Positions 7,987 to 12,302 of a stretch of 12,302 nt of DNA are shown piece after piece (the first letter of the stretch is position 1; each line of letters begins with the position of its first letter). Source of the DNA: Armatimonadota bacterium (GTDB lineage: Bacteria > Armatimonadota > Hebobacteria > CAIYQO01). The DNA is taken from positions 1 through 12,302 of the forward strand of contig JBBRXO010000083.1 in the NCBI GenBank assembly GCA_038248345.1. Direction: 5' to 3'. The notes under the pieces were generated by a model, which did no database searches, was not told the DNA's origin, and worked only from the letters and a program-made list of their open reading frames with translations. A program made the translations under genes and the position numbers.

Positions 7987-9323
7987 TGAGATTATTATGG
8001 AAAGAGATACGGGAACGTGGCTGGGCGCATTTGATTTGGGCATTGGCGATAATATTCGTCACGGTTTTCCGCCCAGCAACTAGTTTTTTTGGGCAGAAGC
8101 TACTCTTTCGTCTGTACTCTGATGTTGCTGTAATTGCATTGCCTGCATTTTTAGCATTAATTGCGGGCAGTTGTGCTTATAATAGCGAATTGGTTAAAGA
8201 TCGTGCATCTTTCGTGTTCGCACGTCCTGTAGCCTGGTGGATGATGTTGCTGGCTAAGATTATTCCTGGGATTATAGTTTTACTCATCACCCCGCTGATA
8301 TCAGTATCACTATATTATGCATTCGGTCCAGAAGTTTACCGTTCATATATGACCGCTAATAATGTCATCTCGGGTATATGGCAAATAATATGGCCAAGTG
8401 CCCTTGTCTATCTATTGAGTTGCCTTTGTGCTCCAGTGCTATCCGGCTACGCTGGGGGAGCATTTACTATTGGTGCTGTTGGGATTATCTCAAGTATAGT
8501 TTCCGGCATATTACTCGTAATATTACCTGATCGTTGTTTCACCTACTTTACGAACAATGAAATAATGAGCGCGAATATTGCAATAGTATTTGGGGCACTC
8601 GCTGGAGGAATAATATTGACACGTTTTGCCGTGCGCCTGGATGTACGCGAGCGGATGTTGCGGTTTTTACGCATTATTGCCATGTTACTAGCAATTGGAC
8701 TATTAATAGGATGCCTAATTCCTGATGATTGGAGAATTCCTTCACCAGAAACAGCGCCACAAACAACGCATAAAGCAAGTGACTTGGAGGTTGTGGATTG
8801 GAGTGCTAGCCCCGGTGGAAAGAACGCATTAGTAAGGTACGGAGTTCATCATGGGAGTAATGGTTCCTCTATTGAAAAAAGTCAAATAATCGATCTTACT
8901 AGTGGCAATGTTGTAATGCCATATCCACAGGAATTGCTCAAACAAGGATTCTTTTTTTGGGGTTCTGATGATATCGGATATATCTCTCATTGGATCGATG
9001 ATGATATAAAGTTAGTCAATATTTTTCAAATATCTAGCAATAAACAAATTAAGATGACGATTAAGCGGTGGGATAGTATCTCATTTTCACTTGACAGCAA
9101 ATACTTGCTGCTTCATAGATACCCCATCAATTCAATAGGAGAGGTGATCGATTCCAGCAAGGGGAAACAGGTTACCACGTGCTTTTCATTCCCGGAGATG
9201 AAAGAGATAACGACCTTTGGGATGAATTATCATAACCGTGTTGGAGTTCATTGGTTAGACGAGAACACATTTGCCTACCTGGACACCAACAACAAGCCGC
9301 AGACGATCAAACTGCCGGAGTGA
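7983..9323 (+). CDS. Putative ABC-2-type permease with C-terminal WD40/TolB-like domain
   Basis: ATGA overlap and AGGAGG RBS at 7969-7974. RLLWKEIRE and FARPVAWWMMLLAK motifs typical of ABC-2 permeases, about 6-7 TMs, then propeller-like motifs (WSASPGGK, SFSLDSKYLLL, WLDENTFAY). Confidence 0.75.
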   Translation: MMRLLWKEIRERGWAHLIWALAIIFVTVFRPATSFFGQKLLFRLYSDVAVIALPAFLALIAGSCAYNSELVKDRASFVFARPVAWWMMLLAKIIPGIIVLLITPLISVSLYYAFGPEVYRSYMTANNVISGIWQIIWPSALVYLLSCLCAPVLSGYAGGAFTIGAVGIISSIVSGILLVILPDRCFTYFTNNEIMSANIAIVFGALAGGIILTRFAVRLDVRERMLRFLRIIAMLLAIGLLIGCLIPDDWRIPSPETAPQTTHKASDLEVVDWSASPGGKNALVRYGVHHGSNGSSIEKSQIIDLTSGNVVMPYPQELLKQGFFFWGSDDIGYISHWIDDDIKLVNIFQISSNKQIKMTIKRWDSISFSLDSKYLLLHRYPINSIGEVIDSSKGKQVTTCFSFPEMKEITTFGMNYHNRVGVHWLDENTFAYLDTNNKPQTIKLPE

Positions 9324-9377
9324 CGAGTTCTGAACAACTTGCGTTAGGGAAGTAGTTCCAGGAACAGTTCAATATTT

Positions 9378-9537
9378 TCAGCCTTGGGTCGACCTAACCC
9401 CCCGACCCTCTTCCCGGCGCGGGAAGGGGGAGGATGAGCGTTTTTTAATGGAAAATCATTGAATCAGCTCCCCTTCCCTCGTCGTAGATCATGAGCTTGC
9501 CGAATGGTAGGGAAGGGGCTGGGGGTTAGATCAAACC
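9378..9537. repeat. Double-hairpin repeat, copy 2 (inverted relative to 4752-4883), with an insertion in one loop
   Basis: The reverse complement begins ggtttgatctaacccccagccccttccct and ends gggggttaggtcgacccaaggctga, matching 4752-4883. Confidence 0.8.
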
Positions 9538-9570
9538 TACGCATTCACATTTTGACGCCCATGCTACGTC

Positions 9571-9621
9571 AGCGCCCTTCAGGGTGCTTGCAGTTGCTAG
9601 CCACGACCTTCAGGGCGTGGT
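9571..9621. repeat. 51-bp twin-hairpin repeat, copy 2, possible terminator for tRNA-Ser
   Basis: 46/51 identical to 4921-4971 and located 25 nt downstream of the tRNA CCA. Confidence 0.85.
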
Positions 9622-9646
9622 AGAGAGTGGCAATTTCGAAGATTAA

Positions 9647-9738
9647 TGGCGGAGAGGGCGGGATTCGAACCCGCGAACAGTTTAACCCGTTACACGATTT
9701 CCAGTCGTGCTCCATAGACCAGACTCGGACACCTCTCC
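9647..9738 (-). tRNA. tRNA-Ser (GGA)
   Basis: Reverse complement GGAGAGG...CACGA-CTGGAAA-TCGTG, long variable arm, GGGTTCGAATCCC, CCTCTCC-G-CCA. Acceptor stem pairs, anticodon GGA, encoded CCA. Confidence 0.97.
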
Positions 9739-9752
9739 ACACGTTGCCGGGC

Positions 9753-9797
9753 ATTATACCGACAACAAATAATACCACGCCCGCCTATTGGCGTCAA
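9753..9797 (-). promoter_or_regulatory. tRNA-Ser promoter(s): TTGACG (9797-9792)-17 bp-TATTAT (9774-9769, TG-extended) and a second TATAAT (9758-9753) with GC-rich discriminator
   Basis: Motif matches on the - strand. GCCCGGC follows TATAAT, as in stringently controlled stable-RNA promoters. Confidence 0.65.
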
Positions 9798-11440
9798 ACT
9801 ATATCATCGCTCCATTCGGCAAAACGCTCATCATGAGCAAGCGGCTGAAAGAGGGGATCCATTAGCATAGCAGGGACTTGATAGTCTGCCGCTGGTGTGC
9901 GAAACAGATGACCAAAGGCGGCGTTGATCTTCCCGCGTTGTGCGCAGAGGGCGGCGTTGAGGAAGCAGTCCCAATATTGCCCCTTCACGCTTGAATGCAT
10001 TCCCTTGATGAGCTTACCGGCGACGTCCAGTTCGCCCAGGCGCAGGTGGCAGAGGATCAGCTCAGCGTAGGCATCCCGATGCTTCGGGATTATGCGTAAT
10101 GTCTCGCGTAGCATCGCCCGCGCATCGGCATAGCGGTGGAGGTGATAGAGGAATATCTGCGCCATCTGCATATACGGGTTAGCATCATCCGGGGTGAGGG
10201 TGAGCAACTGGTCAAAACAATCCAACGCTTCGGCGAAGAGTTCGCGCCCGGCGAAGGCTATGCCGCGGTACATCAGCAGCTCGCTGTCGTCGGGGAAAGA
10301 GCGCAGGGCGCGCTCAGTGGCGATAATCACCCCTTCGTCATTCGCTTCCATCTGGTAGACAATGCTCAGCGTGTGCCAGGCGATGCCGATCTCCGGTTCG
10401 CGTTGCACCGCCGCTTCAATAGCGACGCGGGCATCAGCAATCTCGTTTATCTGCAGCAACAGCAGGCCGCGCGCGTAGAGGAGCACAGCGCAGGGCGGCT
10501 CGTCTTCACCTTTGTCGATCAGCATCTCGTCCACGCATTCCAGCGCATATGGAACTCGCCCGCACCATTGTGCCACCTCGGCCAGGTTCACCACGGTATC
10601 GATGAAGTCATGGTCGTATTGCAGTGCCTTCAGGTAGTCATCGACAGCTTTATCCTGTTTCTCTAGGTGTTCATTGATCATGCCGCGGGTGAAGTAGTTG
10701 ATGGCCTCGTCCGGCTCGCGCGCGATGGCCAGGTTAATGGTGTAGAGGGCTTCCTCATGTTGCAGCAGCGCATCGAGAGTACAGGCGCGGTTATGCAGCA
10801 GATTTTGCGTCTGCCCTTCTAGCGCCTCCAATTTCTCCCAGAGCTCAGCCGCCGCCTCATGGTTACCCTGGTATGAGAGGCAGGCACCCTGCAGACGCAC
10901 GATGTCGGCATCCTGCGGGTTGGTTTTTATCAGTGGATTGGCCAGATTCAGCGCGTCGGCATAACGGCCGCAATCGCATAAATCCATCGCTAGCAGCAGA
11001 CGGTTTTCCTCGTCTTCTGGATGATGCAGCAGCAGATCTTCGCGCACGCGCACTGCTTCTTCAATTCGGTTGAGCCGCTCCAGAATCTCCGCATAGACGG
11101 CGATAGCGCCAGCATCGTGTTTGTCCAGCGTCAGCGCACGCTCAATCGTCACCAGTGCATCCTGGGGGAAATCGAGTAACGCGAGGTGCCAGGCAGCATC
11201 AATCTGGATATCCAGATCATCAGCGTGCTGGTCGGCGGCGCTCAATAATAGTTCTACCGCCTCATCAACTTTGTCTAGTTGCCCAAGCGCTACCCCCCGG
11301 TAGAGGGTGGCCCAGGCGTGGCGGGGTGCCAGTTTTCCGGCGCGATCTAAGAGACTCAAGGCTTCGATGGGACGCTTGTCTTGCAACAGCGCCTCCGCCT
11401 GCGATAATATTTCCTCAATATCTGGGTCAAACAGTGACAT
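9794..11440 (-). CDS. Tetratricopeptide repeat (TPR) protein
   Basis: Many TPR-like units (e.g. HAWATLYRGVALGQLDKVDEAV, AINYFTRGMINEHLEKQDKAVDDYLKALQYD) and a C-terminal DPLFQPLAHDERF cap motif. Start moved to ATG 11440 (AGGGAG just upstream) from TTG 11467. Confidence 0.88.
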   Translation of the reverse strand: MSLFDPDIEEILSQAEALLQDKRPIEALSLLDRAGKLAPRHAWATLYRGVALGQLDKVDEAVELLLSAADQHADDLDIQIDAAWHLALLDFPQDALVTIERALTLDKHDAGAIAVYAEILERLNRIEEAVRVREDLLLHHPEDEENRLLLAMDLCDCGRYADALNLANPLIKTNPQDADIVRLQGACLSYQGNHEAAAELWEKLEALEGQTQNLLHNRACTLDALLQHEEALYTINLAIAREPDEAINYFTRGMINEHLEKQDKAVDDYLKALQYDHDFIDTVVNLAEVAQWCGRVPYALECVDEMLIDKGEDEPPCAVLLYARGLLLLQINEIADARVAIEAAVQREPEIGIAWHTLSIVYQMEANDEGVIIATERALRSFPDDSELLMYRGIAFAGRELFAEALDCFDQLLTLTPDDANPYMQMAQIFLYHLHRYADARAMLRETLRIIPKHRDAYAELILCHLRLGELDVAGKLIKGMHSSVKGQYWDCFLNAALCAQRGKINAAFGHLFRTPAADYQVPAMLMDPLFQPLAHDERFAEWSDDIV

Positions 11441-11486
11441 ATGCTCCCTGTGGTACACCCGCCCCAAGCGGGGTATAACCAGCTAC

Positions 11487-11492
11487 ATTATA
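11487..11492 (-). promoter_or_regulatory. Putative -10 (TATAAT) of the TPR gene
   Basis: attata on the + strand, about 47 nt upstream of ATG 11440. Confidence 0.5.
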
Positions 11493-11559
11493 CCGCACAA
11501 GGGGAGAAAAGAGGAAATAATTACGGTTGGAGTATCGGTTTTTTATGCACGTTCTGTTC

Positions 11560-11634
11560 GCCCAGCCGTGAACTACTGGGCTAATGAAATGCTACGACAT
11601 CATTTTAGCCGAAATAATGAAGCGCACTTCATTA
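11560..11634. repeat. Two short intergenic hairpins (REP-like)
   Basis: gcccag-N10-ctgggc (11560-11581) and taatgaag-cgca-cttcatta (11615-11634). Confidence 0.4.
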
Positions 11635-11646
11635 CTGGTTCCTTTG

Positions 11647-11685
11647 TAGGTCTGTAGCCGGAACTAAGTCCCGGCTACAGACCTA
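11647..11685. repeat. 15-bp perfect stem-loop containing GTAG/CTAC, at the ketosynthase stop (REP-like, possible terminator)
   Basis: taggtctgtagccgg (11647-11661) and ccggctacagaccta (11671-11685), with a 9-nt loop. Confidence 0.75.
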
Positions 11686-12302
11686 AAGACCTAAAGACCT
11701 AAGCACAACCACCGCATTATTCCCCCCGATACCGCTGCTGATGCTCACTGCCGTGCGTGCCTGATATTGGCGGGCGCAGCCGGGGACGTAGTCAAGGTCG
11801 CATTCGGGGTCGGGTTGCTCGTGGTTGAGGGTGGGGGGGATAATGCCGTCGCGGCAGGCGCAGAGGGTGGCTATTGCCTCCACGCTGCCGGCGGCGGCCA
11901 TCATGTGCCCGGTGGCGGGCTTGATGCTGCTCATGGGTATCTGGTAAGCACGCGCGCCGAGGACGGTCTTCACCGCCTTGGTTTCGGTTACATCGAAGTA
12001 GGCGGTGCCGGTGCCGTGGGCGTTCACATAGTCTACTTCTTCGGGTGCCACATCCGCGTCCAGCAGCGCGGCACGCAGCGCGGCGACTATCCCCTCGCCT
12101 TCCTTGTCCGGTGCAGTCAGGTGGTAGCTGGTGTTGTTCACCGCATAGCCCAGCACCTCGCCGTAGATAGTAGCGCCGCGAGCCTGCGCGTGCTCATATT
12201 CTTCCAGTAGTAATGCCCCGGCACCCTCGCCGAAGATGGTACCGCTGCGGCGGGTGTCGAAGGGGCGCAGGATATCGGCGGTGATGGTGCGCAGGATGGA
12301 CA
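11683..12302 (-). CDS. Beta-ketoacyl-ACP synthase (FabF-like), 5' part outside the window
   Basis: The frame is open to the window edge: RPFDTRRSGTIFGEGAGALLLEEYEHAQARGATIYGEVLGY...VDYVNAHGTGT...SSIKPATGHMMAAAG...IIPPTLN. Confidence 0.92.
   Translation of the reverse strand, partial: SILRTITADILRPFDTRRSGTIFGEGAGALLLEEYEHAQARGATIYGEVLGYAVNNTSYHLTAPDKEGEGIVAALRAALLDADVAPEEVDYVNAHGTGTAYFDVTETKAVKTVLGARAYQIPMSSIKPATGHMMAAAGSVEAIATLCACRDGIIPPTLNHEQPDPECDLDYVPGCARQYQARTAVSISSGIGGNNAVVVLRSLGL

Noticed and set aside
9321..9373. Short similarities to 4881-4895 (tgatgagtctgaaca) and 5028-5039 (gaatagttcaat)
   Set aside because: Too short and imperfect to distinguish from chance by eye.
10136..12210. 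+ strand ORFs opposite the TPR and ketosynthase genes
   Set aside because: Antisense shadows without RBS or motifs.

Overview
GC-rich (about 60% in sampled coding lines) chromosomal window from a probably diderm bacterium. On the + strand it carries uvrA, a solitary LptF/LptG-family permease, and a YtrA/GntR-regulated ABC operon (regulator, ATPase, two divergent permeases with C-terminal beta-propeller-like domains). On the - strand it carries tRNA-Ser(GGA), a large TPR protein and the 3' part of a divergent FabF-like ketosynthase. The intergenic DNA is dense with several families of REP-like palindromes and short tandem repeats, some nested. The most notable structure is the GntR-ABC operon. 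It sits immediately 3' of tRNA-Ser and is bounded at its far end by a degenerate copy of the tRNA 3' end (att-like). It is also bracketed by about 185-bp imperfect inverted repeats and a 51-bp direct repeat. Its two permease genes have AT-rich cores but host-like GC-rich codons near their outer ends. Together this suggests an integrase-less tRNA islet carrying a swappable or hypervariable transporter cassette (inference).
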